64,000 nt of DNA from Octopus bimaculoides (taxonomy: Eukaryota). Positions within the stretch are counted from its first letter, which is position 1. Each line of letters begins with the position of its first letter. The notes beneath the pieces are model-generated. The model made no database searches. It saw nothing but the letters and a program-made list of their open reading frames with translations, and had not been told where the DNA came from. The stretch is from contig NC_068987.1 of the NCBI RefSeq assembly GCF_001194135.2, positions 30,806,956-30,870,955 of the forward strand, in the 5' to 3' direction. Below are positions 13,350 through 24,424 of this stretch, in pieces. The translations under genes and the position numbers were made by a program.

Positions 13350-13585
13350 AAAAGGCGGCGAGCTGGCAGAAACGTTAGCATGCCGGGCGAAATGCTTAGC
13401 GGTATTTTGTCTGCCGTTACGTTCTGAGTTCAAATTCCGCCGAGGTCGACTTTGCCTTTCATCCTTTCGGGGTCGATAAATTGAGTACCAGTTACGCACT
13501 GGGGTCGATGTAATCGACTTAATCCGTTTGTCTGTGCTTGTTTGTCCCCTCTATGTTTAGCCCCTTGTGGGCAATAAACAAATAA
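13350..13585 (+). mobile_element. tRNA-derived SINE family A, young copy. Other copies lie at about 484-699, 16790-17000, 18880-19545, 27230-27430, 30305-30515, 51010-51220, 55125-55545, 55753-56150, 56960-57180 and 57990-58150.
   Basis: A-box-like GGCGAGCTGGCAGAA, B-box GAGTTCAAATTCC; 16-bp TSD TAATATACTCGTCTGA at 13334-13349 and 13586-13601. Confidence 0.9.
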
Positions 13586-14403
13586 TAATATACTCGTCTG
13601 ACAGTGTTCAGGCACAGCTGTGTAGTCGGAAGCTTGTTTCCCAGCCACATGGTTCCAGGTTCAGTCCCACTGCATGACACTTTGGGCAAGTGTCTTCTAT
13701 GATAGTGACAGGCCGATGAAAGCCTTGTGAGTAGATTTGGTGGACGGAAACTGAAAGAAACCTATCGTGTGTGTATATATATATATATAGCTTGACTGGC
13801 CTTCGTGCCGGTGGCACATAAAAGCACCCACTACACTCTCGGAGTGGTTGGTGTTAGGAAGGGCATCCGGCTGTAGAAACTCTGCCAAATCAGATTGGAG
13901 CCTGCNNNNNNNNNNTCCGGCTGTAGAAACTCTGCCAAATCAGATTGGAGCCTGCATCTGGTTCACCAGTCCTCAGTCAAATCGTCCAACCCATGCTAGC
14001 ATGGAAAGCGGATGTTGAACGATGATGATGATTTAGATATATGTTATGTGTGTGTGTATGTGTATGTATGAGTGCGTGTATATATTTATGTGTGTGTATC
14101 TTTGTGTCTGTGTTTGTCCCCACCTACCATTGCTTGACAATCGATGGTAGTGTGTTTATGTCCCTGTAACTTAGCAGTTCAGCAAAAGGGACTGATAGAT
14201 TAAGTACTAGGCTTACAAAGAATAAGTCTTGGGGTTGATTTCTTTGACTTAAAACCCTTTAAGGTGGTGCTCCAGCATGGCTGCAAATTACTGAAATGTG
14301 TACTAGAAAAAAAAAATAAAAAGAATAATACTACAACTCTATCAAAAAGATAGCTGTAGAGAAGAGGAAGTTAGAAAGTGAAACCAAACAGAAGGTAACT
14401 TAC

Positions 14404-14584
14404 TTGTTCATAGGACTCAATTACAGTTTGATCTTGCATAATGTCTGTAGGAACAGTAATCTTGACAAGAAACTGAGCAAGATAAGCCCGTTTCTTCAGA
14501 TCTGTTATTCTTTGTAGAAGCCATTCCAGGATAGGATAAACAACAGACTTCTCAGCTTGAACAAGGCCACAGTTGAAATCAGAA
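14404..14584 (-). CDS. IFT81: IFT81 coding exon 3, 181 nt
   Basis: ttttag acceptor, SDFNCGLVQAEKSVVYPILEWLLQRITDLKKRAYLAQFLVKITVPTDIMQDQTVIESYEQ (conserved KKRAYLA motif), GTAAGT donor; phase 2 to 0. Confidence 0.95.
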
Positions 14585-16249
14585 CTAAAACCAAAAAATA
14601 AAGACTCACTTTAGGAAAACCATTTTTTAATCACCACCATAATCACAACCATCATCATTGTCTAACGTCCACCTTTTCCATGCTTGCATATGTAAAGAGA
14701 AGGAAAAACAATACTTTATTACCAATAAAACTAATTTTTTATTTCTATCTTTTTTTTAAATATCTCAGTCACAGGATAAAGGAAAGTGCACGAGCTGCCT
14801 TTTTAGGGTCTACAAGACTGATGGGACGAAGGAATGAAGTTTTCCTCAGACTGAAGATCTGATTCAATTGTTTGCAACTGAGTGAACCCTGCAAAAGGCA
14901 CTATTGGACCATGGGCTGGTCCCACCAACAGGCTTCCATACGACTTCAGCCTACCAAATTCTACTCAGAATACTTTAGTCAACTTGAGGTTAGGCTAAAG
15001 ACCTTTGCCCAAAGTTCTGTGTGGTAGGACTGAACCAAAAACTGCACAGTTTTGAAGACAACTTCAGAACCACACAGCCATGCCTACCCCAGCATAATAA
15101 ATTGATGAAAATCATCGTGTCTTATTCTTGCTTGTGACTACATAGATACCTAAAACAATGAGGAAAGTATGGTACAAGCAACCAGATCATACACATCGAT
15201 GAGCAATAGCTATGCTTGTGCGTATGTGTTTCACATTAGTTGACAACCTTTAAAAATAGAAGACACACTGGATATTGTATTCCTGGGTACACAATGCCTG
15301 AAAAGTTGGAAGGTCTTTAATCAGGGCAGATAAAACTTGACAGTTTGTATGTGGAGAGATCAAAATGTAATAGGATATTTCATTACTGTTATCATGTAAC
15401 TCCACTTCAGCCCTGATGGAGTGGAAATATCACCAAAAGTGGCTCCAAACATGGCCACTCTCTCCCTCTCTTAGGGATTGTGTACCTAGGACTACATTAT
15501 CTGATGTCTCTCTTCCCTTATCAAGACAGAAAGGTATCATGTAAGGGAGATTACTCTGCTACATCTAGCAGATCAAATCGAGAAAACACATACAAGTTCC
15601 TTTGTTGTTTATTTGAGTAACAATACACTTATTTTTCCCATTCTTTTAACTGGTTTCAATCGTTGAACTGTGGCCATACTGGGCACTGCTTTTAAAGGCT
15701 TCAGTCAACTGTATTGACCCAGTAACCATTCTAAGACATTTATATACCAAATGACTACTACATAAAGAGATATAATTCAAGATAAAGATTTACATCAGTA
15801 TACACAGATATATGCACATCACCATCATCAGCTTTATTTTACATCTACTTTCCATGCTGACATGAGTTAGATGAATCATCATGATCTGAGGCAATTTTTA
15901 TTCCATGTTACTTTAGAGGAGTTGGTACACTACATCTAATTTGTACATCCCATCCTTGATATGATGCCCTTCCTGAAACTAAGGAACGAGATGTTTTTTT
16001 CTTGCCCATTTGGCATCACTGATATAACTGACTTTTTTGACATCAGATGCTTTTTGTCCCAGGGGCTTTTGACATCATAAGAATTTCATTTTTTATTCTA
16101 GTTGACAACTAGCTTTTTATCACAACTACTAAGCATTATTTAATTTCTACTTCACTTTATGTATATTATGGCTATCTGTCAAAACAACGGTGAGATTCTT
16201 TTGCTACTGCAAAATCCCATTGGGTTAATTAATCATAAATAAGAGGGTC

Positions 16250-16460
16250 AGTACCGCCTGACTGGCCTTCGTGCGGGTGACACGTAAAAGCACCCATTAC
16301 ACTCTCTGAGTGGTTGGCGTTAGGAAGGGCATCCAGCTGTAGAAACTCTGCCAAATCAGATTGGAGCCTGGTGTTGCCATCCGGTTTTACCAGTCCTCAG
16401 TCAAATCGTCCAACCCATGCTAGCATGGAAAGCGGACGTTAAATGATGATGACGATGATG
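16250..16460 (+). mobile_element. Short RTE 3' tail copy. Similar or older copies lie at about 790-1000, 1610-1890, 13790-14030, 21000-21390, 22050-22245, 25820-26010, 32230-32400, 32820-33145, 34105-34300, 35690-36060, 53985-54155 and 56417-56540.
   Basis: All share GGTTGGCGTTAGGAAGGGCATCCAGCTGTAGAAAC...GTCCAACCCATGCTAGCATGGAAA..GTTAAA(CGATGAT)n. Confidence 0.85.
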
Positions 16461-17404
16461 AATTAGTGTTAATGAATTACAATAGGCTTTTCTGACACAT
16501 ATTTGGGAAAACGACACAGTTAATTGCATCAATCTCATTACTTGCCTCATACTATTTCAAATCTTGAAAGCATGGATGGCAAAGTTGATTGATGCTAGTG
16601 AGATTTGAACTCAAACCACAAAGAGATGTAAGTACATACTGCATGCTTTTTTTGTCTGATATGCAGTCCATTCTTTGATTCCCTTTCTTTTAACATTGAT
16701 TTCTCACATTTTCACTAGGCCAAAAATCAGTAAGAGAGGAGTATGACCAATGAAACCAACTTCAACAAAAAAATAATGCGATTCTACTATAAACACAAGA
16801 CCTGAAATTTGAAGGGGATGGGTTAGGCAATTACATTTACCCCAGTGTTCATCTGGTACTTTTGTATTTCATTGACCCTGAAAGGGGTGAAATACAAAGT
16901 CCACCTTGGCAGAATTTGCTTTCAGAACATAAAGCAAGAAGAAATGCCACTAAGCATTTGTCCAGCTGTACATTGCTGGAGACACAAAATCCAGGTGTGT
17001 TTACAGAATCAAATATGAACTTGTAACAAAGATACATATATAGAAGAGGCATTTATCCCAATACTCTCTATATTTCTACCAACTATCAGCTTTTAATGTT
17101 AAATAATGATTTCTGGCATATGAAACTGGCCACATTTTTGGAAGAGGACGGTTAATTCAATAGTATTTGACGAATACTTAATTTGCTAGCGTATAATGTT
17201 TGCTGTCACAGATGGTATGTTACCAAGCTGAGCTTACTACAATGGTAGAGTGTGGTAAGAAACTTACTTCCAAAGCACATGGTTCTGGATTCAGTCTCAT
17301 TGCATAACATTGTGGGCAAATATTTTCTACTATAGCCTCTGGCTGACCAAAGCTTTGTGAGTGAATTTGGTAGACAGAAATTGAAAAAAAGCCAGTCACA
17401 CACA

Positions 17405-17435
<31 letters not shown>

Positions 17436-17670
17436 GTGTGTGTGTGTGTGTGTATGTGTGTGTGCGTGTGTTTTTGTGTCTGTATATGTCCTCCACCGCT
17501 GCTCGACAACCAGTATTGGCATGTTTATTTCCTTCTAACTTAGTAATTGGGTAAAAGAGACAGAATAAGTACCAGGCTTAAAAAAAAAATCACTAGGTTT
17601 GATTCATTTGATTAAAAATTCTGCAAGGCAGTGCTCCAGCATGGCCGTAATCTAATGATTGAAACAAATT

Positions 17671-18067
17671 GTTGGCACTGTTGTTGTTGTTGGCACTCCG
17701 TTGCTTACGACGTCGAGGGTTCCAGTTGATCCGATCAACGGAACAGCCTGCTCATGAAATTAATATGCAAGTGGCTGAGCACTCCACAGACACGTGTACC
17801 CTTAACGTAGTTCTCGGGGATATTCAGCGTGACACAGTGTGACAAGGCTGACCCTTTGAATTACAGGCACAACAGAAACAGGAAGTAAGAGTGAGAGAAA
17901 GTTGTGGTGAAAGAGTACAGCAGGGTTCACCACCATCCCCTGCCGGAGCCTCATGGAGCTTTAGGTGTTTTCGCTCAATAAACACTCACAACGCCCAGTC
18001 TGGGAATCGAAACCGCGATCCTATGACCGCGAGCCCGCTGCCCTAACCACTGGGCCATTGCGCCTCC
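17671..18067 (-). mobile_element. SINE family C inserted into the 3' end of a family B SINE
   Basis: Reverse complement of the 47578 copy; GATTGAAACA duplicated on both sides. Confidence 0.88.
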
Positions 18068-18558
18068 ACGATTGAAACATGTAAAAGGAATACAAACTGC
18101 AAACAATTTCTAGACATCATTATATGACTCCAACCTGACTTAATCTGTTTCAAACCGAATCATCTGAAAACAAATAACAATCGGATTATATCACAATGCT
18201 GCAAGACAAGAATTATTATTTGCCATCTTTGATGGGTGTGTTACACTCACCAAATACACCTATGTTAGACGTTGGTACTCAATTTACTAATCACAGGAGA
18301 CAAAATAAGGTAAGAGTTGACCGTGGCACGATAAAAGCTCAAAACGTAAAGGGACATAATTCTATATCACATTCTTACTGTCAACAGAATTTATTTTGCC
18401 ATCAATACCCAACAATAATGATTTTTCAATATAATTTGTAGAGAAGGGATTAGGTGTTGAAAGATAGATCACCTCCAATATTTGGCAGTACCAGCCAGAA
18501 AAAAAATGGCAAAGTCAATTCAGGTAGGATTTACCTAATAATAATAATAATAATAATA

Positions 18559-18865
18559 TACAAAGACCTGGAAATAGAGGTAACTCGAATGTGGAATCTA
18601 AAAACAGAAACAATTCCTATCATAGTAGGTGCCTTAGGTATAATAAAAAAATATTCAGACAAATACATAACAAAAACACCAGGACTTACAAATATATATA
18701 ACATACATAAAATTGCACTACTGGGCACTGCACACATCCTATGCAAAACACTTTCATTACAGTAACCATAAGAGCATCACAGCAAACTACAGCACATACC
18801 CAAGGCACACAGAGGTGCGCTCGGTAGTGAAGTGAAAGCATGTTATAAAAATAAAACTACTGAAC
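18559..18865 (+). mobile_element. 3' fragment of an R4/Dong-clade (RLE) non-LTR retrotransposon
   Basis: YKDLEIEVTRMWNLKTETIPIIVGALG...IHKIALLGTAHIL is the C-terminal RLE region; flanked on both sides by (TAA)n. Confidence 0.8.
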
Positions 18866-19037
18866 AATAATAATAATAATATTTTCTACTACAGGCACAA
18901 GGCCTGAAATTTTGGGGATGGGGTCTAGTCAATTGCATCAAATTTAGTGCTCAAATGGTACTAAATTTATCAACCCCAAAAGGATGAAAGGCAAAGTTGA
19001 CCTCAATGAAATTTTAAATCAGAATATAAAGTCAGAC

Positions 19038-19130
19038 AGAAGAAGAAGAAGAAGAAGGAGGTGGAGGCGGAGGAGGAGGAGGAGGAGAAGAAGAAGAAGA
19101 AGAAGAAGAAGAAGAAGAACAACAACAACA
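19038..19130. repeat. Compound triplet microsatellite (GAA)n(GGA)n(GAA)n(CAA)n
   Basis: Read directly; lies between SINE A copies. Confidence 0.95.
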
Positions 19131-19552
19131 GTTTCAAATTTTGCCACAAGGGCAGCCATTTTGGGGAAGGGGACCAGTCGATTAGAGCGACTCTAGTAAG
19201 CAACTGGTACTTAATTTATCAACCTGAAAGGATGAAAAGCAAAGTCGACCTCAGTGGAATTTGAACTTAGAACATAGTGGCAGACGAAATAACACAAAAC
19301 ATTTTGCCCAGTGTGCTAACGATTCTGCTAGTTTGTTGCCTTAATAATGATAATAATAATGATTTCAAATTTTACAAGGGCAGCCATTTTGGAGGTGGGG
19401 ATGACTCGATTACATCGACCCCAGTGTTTGACTGGTACTTGTTTTATCGACCCCCACCAAAAGGATGAAAAGCAAAGTCAACCTTGGTGGAATTTGAACT
19501 CAGAATGTAATGGGCAAAGGAAATACCGCTAAACATTTCGCCCAGCATACTC

Positions 19553-19755
19553 TCTTTTTACTTGTTTCAGTCATTTGACTGTGGCCATGCTGGAGCACCG
19601 CCTTTAGTCGAGCAAATCTACCCCAGGAGTTATTCTTTGTAAGCCTAGTACTTATTCTATTGGACTCTTTTTGCCGAACCGCTAAGTTACCGGGACGTAA
19701 ACACACCAGCATCGGTTGTCAAGCAATGTTGGCGGGGACAAACACAGACACACAA

Positions 19756-19797
<42 letters not shown>

Positions 19798-20034
19798 AAG
19801 AATGTACGAAAAAAAACAACAACAGACGAGGACAGGTGGTGTAAACAACAAAAGGATGTATTAGTTTGACGCTCATACGACAGGCTTCTTTCAGTTTCTG
19901 TCTACCAAATCCACTCACAAGGCTTTGGTTGGCCCGAGGCTATAGTAGAAGACACTTGCCCAAGGTGTCACGCAGTGGGAATGAACTCGGGACCGTGTGG
20001 TTGGTAAGCAAGCTACTTACCACGCATCCACTCC
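19553..20034 (-). mobile_element. tRNA-derived SINE family B with central (TA)n/(TG)n. Other copies lie at about 13605-14330, 17270-17660, 34821-35211, 41228-41583, 42824-42960, 48850-49040, 59573-60205 and 60240-60480.
   Basis: Pol III-like head with GGTTCAGTCCC, CCTTGGGCAAGTGTCTT core, internal microsatellite, 3' end CAAATGACTGAAACAAGTAAAAGA. Confidence 0.9.
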
Positions 20035-20118
20035 TAATGATTCTGCCTTAGTGATAATAATAATAATTATTGTTTAATTATTCAAAAAGAAATTAATAAG
20101 AAATTAATTAATACTTAC

Positions 20119-20222
20119 AATGATTCTTTATCAGAAGGTGGAGTATATTTCAAAATCTTCAATGTATTCATAATACGAAGAGCTGTCTGTTCAGGAGTTT
20201 CTTGTCTAATATCAAGTTTGTG
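20119..20222 (-). CDS. IFT81: IFT81 coding exon 2, 104 nt
   Basis: cttttcag acceptor, HKLDIRQETPEQTALRIMNTLKILKYTPPSDKRI, GTAAGT donor; phase 0 to 2. Confidence 0.93.
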
Positions 20223-21580
20223 CTGAAAAGGAGCAGAAATATGAAATGAAGGCATTGGTAAATTTTGTCTAAATTTCTGAAATGAGGAATTATGGTTCTC
20301 ATCTTGGTTATTACAGACAAATTTTGATCATTGTATCTTCTGGCCATCTTCAGGTGTCTGTCATATTTCATAGTCTTCTCAGAATTTCAAACAAAACCCT
20401 TTAATTAACTCATTAGCATTTACATAATTCTCTCAAAATTAAAACTCATTTATTTACATTGTATTGACTTAATCATGTATTATCTTTAGCGTCAAGATTT
20501 TGATGAAGTAACTGCCAATATTTAGAATGATGTTGTAAGGCTGGTGTGATAGGTCAGATCTGGACAGTTTGAACATAATAGAATATTTTGGCAGGACATG
20601 GTCAGTTTAAATGCTAAAGGATTAAACCAACAGAGGTTCTGTTGTCCATACGAGGAATATTCTAATTCTGATTTCTGATGTTGCTTGCTTATTCCCCTTG
20701 AAACAATGTGTGTATGTGTGTGTGTGCATATTCACTGCGTCAATGTGTCCATCCCTGCTCATCTCTTGTGCACACTCCTATCCACCCTTTTCAATTCTTT
20801 TGCCCCTATTCTCTAGTATCTACCTTGTACCTTGAGGCTATGCCCAACCATCTCTCTCTCTTTCACTCTGACTTCCTTTTCAATCAGCAGAGACAGGGCC
20901 TCAGCAAAACACCTGTTCCTGTCCCCTCTATCATACTTTCACCTCTTTCAATACTACTCCTCAACTCAGTGGAAAGGTCTTGTCTTGCAGTGGAAAAGTC
21001 ATGTCTTGGTGATCTCACTAGTGCTGGTACCATGAAAAAAAGCAACCGGTATCATGAAAAAGTGCATCTGGTACACTCAGTAAAGTTGGCATTAGGAAGG
21101 GCATCCAGCTATAGAAACCATGCCAAAGCAGACATTGAAGCTTGGGTCAGGCTTCTGACTTGTCAGTTCCTGTTGAATTGTTTATGCCAGCATGGGTAAA
21201 AAATATTAACCAAGGATGATTATATATATATCATCATCATCGTTTAACGTCTGCTTTCCATGCTAGCATGGGTTGGACAATTTGACTGAGGACTGGTGAA
21301 CCAGATGGCTGCACCAGGCTCCAATCTGATCTGGTAGAGTTTCTACAGCTGGATGCCCTTCCTAACGCCAACCACTCAGAGAGTGTAGTGATATATAAGA
21401 TAAACTATAAATAATGGTCATTACATGGTTTTCTTTACTGTAGTAAATTTGATTTGGAGCTTTTTCCAGTTGTCATTATAGGTTTATTATTGATAAGTTT
21501 ACTCAATTGGCCTTTGATCACTTGAGAAAAATTAAATGACTCAAAATATTAATGTTACTTTCATCAGAGCCATTTCTGGT

Positions 21581-21581
<1 letters not shown>

Positions 21582-21657
<76 letters not shown>
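21582..21657. repeat. (GA)n microsatellite
   Basis: Read directly. Confidence 0.95.
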
Positions 21658-21661
<4 letters not shown>

Positions 21662-23608
21662 ACTGGCCTAGAGATCGAACTCATGTTCACTAGCTAAGCT
21701 ACTACACTTAATCAATGTTCATATTCACTATCTCACAGAATTAGTTTTGCTGGTAGGTGTGAAATCAATCTCTGAGTCAAACAATATAAATACTCTGCTT
21801 CAAGTGAAAAAAAATTCTCTGATATGGAGACCAGAATGAGAACTATGTACCACATGGATTTAATAAAGAACTTGGATCCAAATTCCAGAAATATTACTAA
21901 ATACAACAGACACCTCAAAGCAACAACAGTTGAAATATTGTGAATGTAACAACCAAGATGGAGACACAAGTCTGAATAAATTAGTGTACAAGAATACAAT
22001 AGTCACCTTCTGTTTCATCACAAATACCTTTACACTTAAATGCAAAGAAACAGATGTCAGTGCCAGTGGCACAAAAAAAAACACTCAATGCACACTGTAA
22101 TGTGGTTGGCATTAGGAAGAGCATCCAGCTGTAGAAACCACGCCAAAACTGACATGGAGCACGATGCAGCAATGTAGCTCACTGGATCCTGTCAAAACGT
22201 CCAGTCCATGTCAGCATGGAAAATGACTGTTCAATGATGATGATACAATACAAATTGCTCAACTTAAACTTATAGTTCAAAAGCCAATAGTGTACTTAAG
22301 TATTGTGCGAAGAGGCAACATCATAAAAAAGAACAAAAGTTAAGTTAATGATAACATATTTAATTAAAAAAAACATTATGTTCTTGATTAGAAGTACTTA
22401 TTGGGTGTGTAGAAAAGATAACAATTTAAAGATGTTATTTTAATTATTTTAGTAAGTATGGGAGACAATTCTGAGAATGTTTTCAATTTCATTAGACCTC
22501 ACCAGAAAATCATTATTACCTCGAAAAATTAGTAAATACAGTGAAGGTGCAGGCATGTGGTTTTGGGTTGGTCCCATTATGTTTGAGGACTGGACTGCAG
22601 TAAGGAGAAATCTATGGAACAAAATCCTCCATCTCCATTCTTACTGGTCTTGTACCAGTTCAAAAATGATGTTAACATACTTTAGTTCACTTGGATTATC
22701 AAATGATTCTTTGGACATAAGAGTAGATGCCACACATTGGGAGTCCTGGGCACCTTATTTTTTTTTCAAATGTCCACATTCACATGTTTTTTCTGTTGGC
22801 TGCACCAAACATGATGACAGATGTGCTACATATTCTGCTAATTAACTCTTTATGCAGCACTGCTTCAGTGTTTTATCTTTCAGGGATAAAAGGGTTAAGT
22901 CACACAGCAATTTTATTCTGTCACTTACCTTTAACTTTCAGATTACTCTGGGAAATGTAATGCTTTTTTATACACAATGGTTTGAATTAACTATACATCA
23001 TCTTGTAGCTTCAAGATTTCAATGATATAATTGTATAATTTTAGAATGACAGAGTAGGGTAAGTGTGAGAAGGCCAGGTTTGTCCAGTCTGAACATAAAA
23101 TGGGTAAAATATTTTGGCCAGATATGGTCAGTTTAAATGCTAAATGGTTAAGTGTAAAAGGCAAGTGACAGTGCCTTTTACACTGGCAGTTATTTTAGTG
23201 CAGTAAAAGTAACATTAAGATAACATGTGAATGACTTTTAGTCATAGTCGTGTGCTTGAAGAAGCTTCAGAGAAACTAGAACTAGTCTATTAAATCTACC
23301 TCAGTAATTCACTAGAACTTTTGAAGGATAAAAACAAGGTTCAACATGGGCAGGATTTGAACTCAGTATGTAAAGGGCTAGAACTAAATACTGCAAGGCA
23401 TTTTGTCCAACACTCAAACAATTCCACCAATCCCTCACCTTATTCTTGGATGCTGCTTGACTAGATCAGATCACATCCCCTGTCTGGAAACCTTTTTGAC
23501 ACTGAAATAGATGAGCTCTGGCAACACTGCTTTTCTCTGTCAGAGCTTTACCGAACAGATTGATCTCACACATTTCCCCTGTCCTTATTCATATGTTTTA
23601 GTTTTATA

Positions 23609-24228
23609 TGAGGGGGTACCCAAGAGAAACCGGAATTTTGCTATATTATTTTATTCACTTAGTTTTGCATGTTTACACTTTTATCGTTTTCAAAGTATTC
23701 TCCATTTGAAGCAATGCATCAGTCCAGGTGCATTTTCCACTATTCGAAGCAGTGCTGGAACTCTTGCGAAGTGATACCCTTTAATGCCTCCATCATTTCT
23801 TCTTCATCTCTTTCACATCTGCAAATTCTGTAGCACCAACTTTCGCCACCAGTGATGACCTTCGAAAAGAGTCTGGATCAACTTCCAACAGTTCTTTCAG
23901 TTCACGACATGCATGTGTTCTGCTTATGGCGGCGTCCTTGTAAGCAATTTGAAACATGACAACTGTTTCAGCTACCGTTTTCCCCTGCAGAAAACAGAAT
24001 TTCATGGAAGCATGCTGTTCCTTCATTTCAGCAATTTCAAAAATTGACAAACACAGGAGAAGCACTGCAAAACAAAGACACACCATGTGGCAGTACTACA
24101 TCACTCGATGCTGCTGGTCCGCACGCTGATGCCTGAGGGTCACATCAAGTGGTTTCTAGCCGTAGAAGACTGAACTACAAAGGGCTTGTCCCACAGAGAA
24201 CACTTCCAGTTACTTTTGGGTACCCTCA
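23609..24228 (-). mobile_element. Internally deleted mariner with both TIRs
   Basis: TIRs tgagggggtacccaaga.../...cttttgggtaccctca flanked by TA; HTH remnant EQHASMKFCFLQGKTVAETVVM. Confidence 0.85.
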
Positions 24229-24280
24229 TACATGTGGATAATCTACAAGCAGAGAAGAAAAGAAGTTGAATGCTAATTAC

Positions 24281-24424
24281 CTTAGAGTCTATTTCTGCCA
24301 AAACATCTGTAAGAATCTGTAGTAATGACAATGGCTCCAAGCTATCAAAAGATATCAGGTTAAAATTCTTATTGAAGGGTTCCTTGTTCAACCCTTGAAC
24401 AATAAATTTCAGTTGATCCCTCAT
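24281..24424 (-). CDS. IFT81: IFT81 coding exon 1 (N-terminal CH domain), 144 nt
   Basis: Translates [48 protein letters not shown], matching the IFT81 N-terminus I recall (MSDQIKFI..LNKEPF.KNYNLITFDSLEP). GTAATT donor, phase 0. An AG acceptor at 24449-24450 implies an upstream non-coding exon. Confidence 0.95.

Noticed and set aside
13866-13955. Exact 40-bp direct repeat flanking a 10-N gap
   Set aside because: Typical unmerged contig overlap, so an assembly artefact.
21500-21570. CTGATGA on the minus strand (21561-21567)
   Set aside because: No stem II or GAAA follows, so not a hammerhead.
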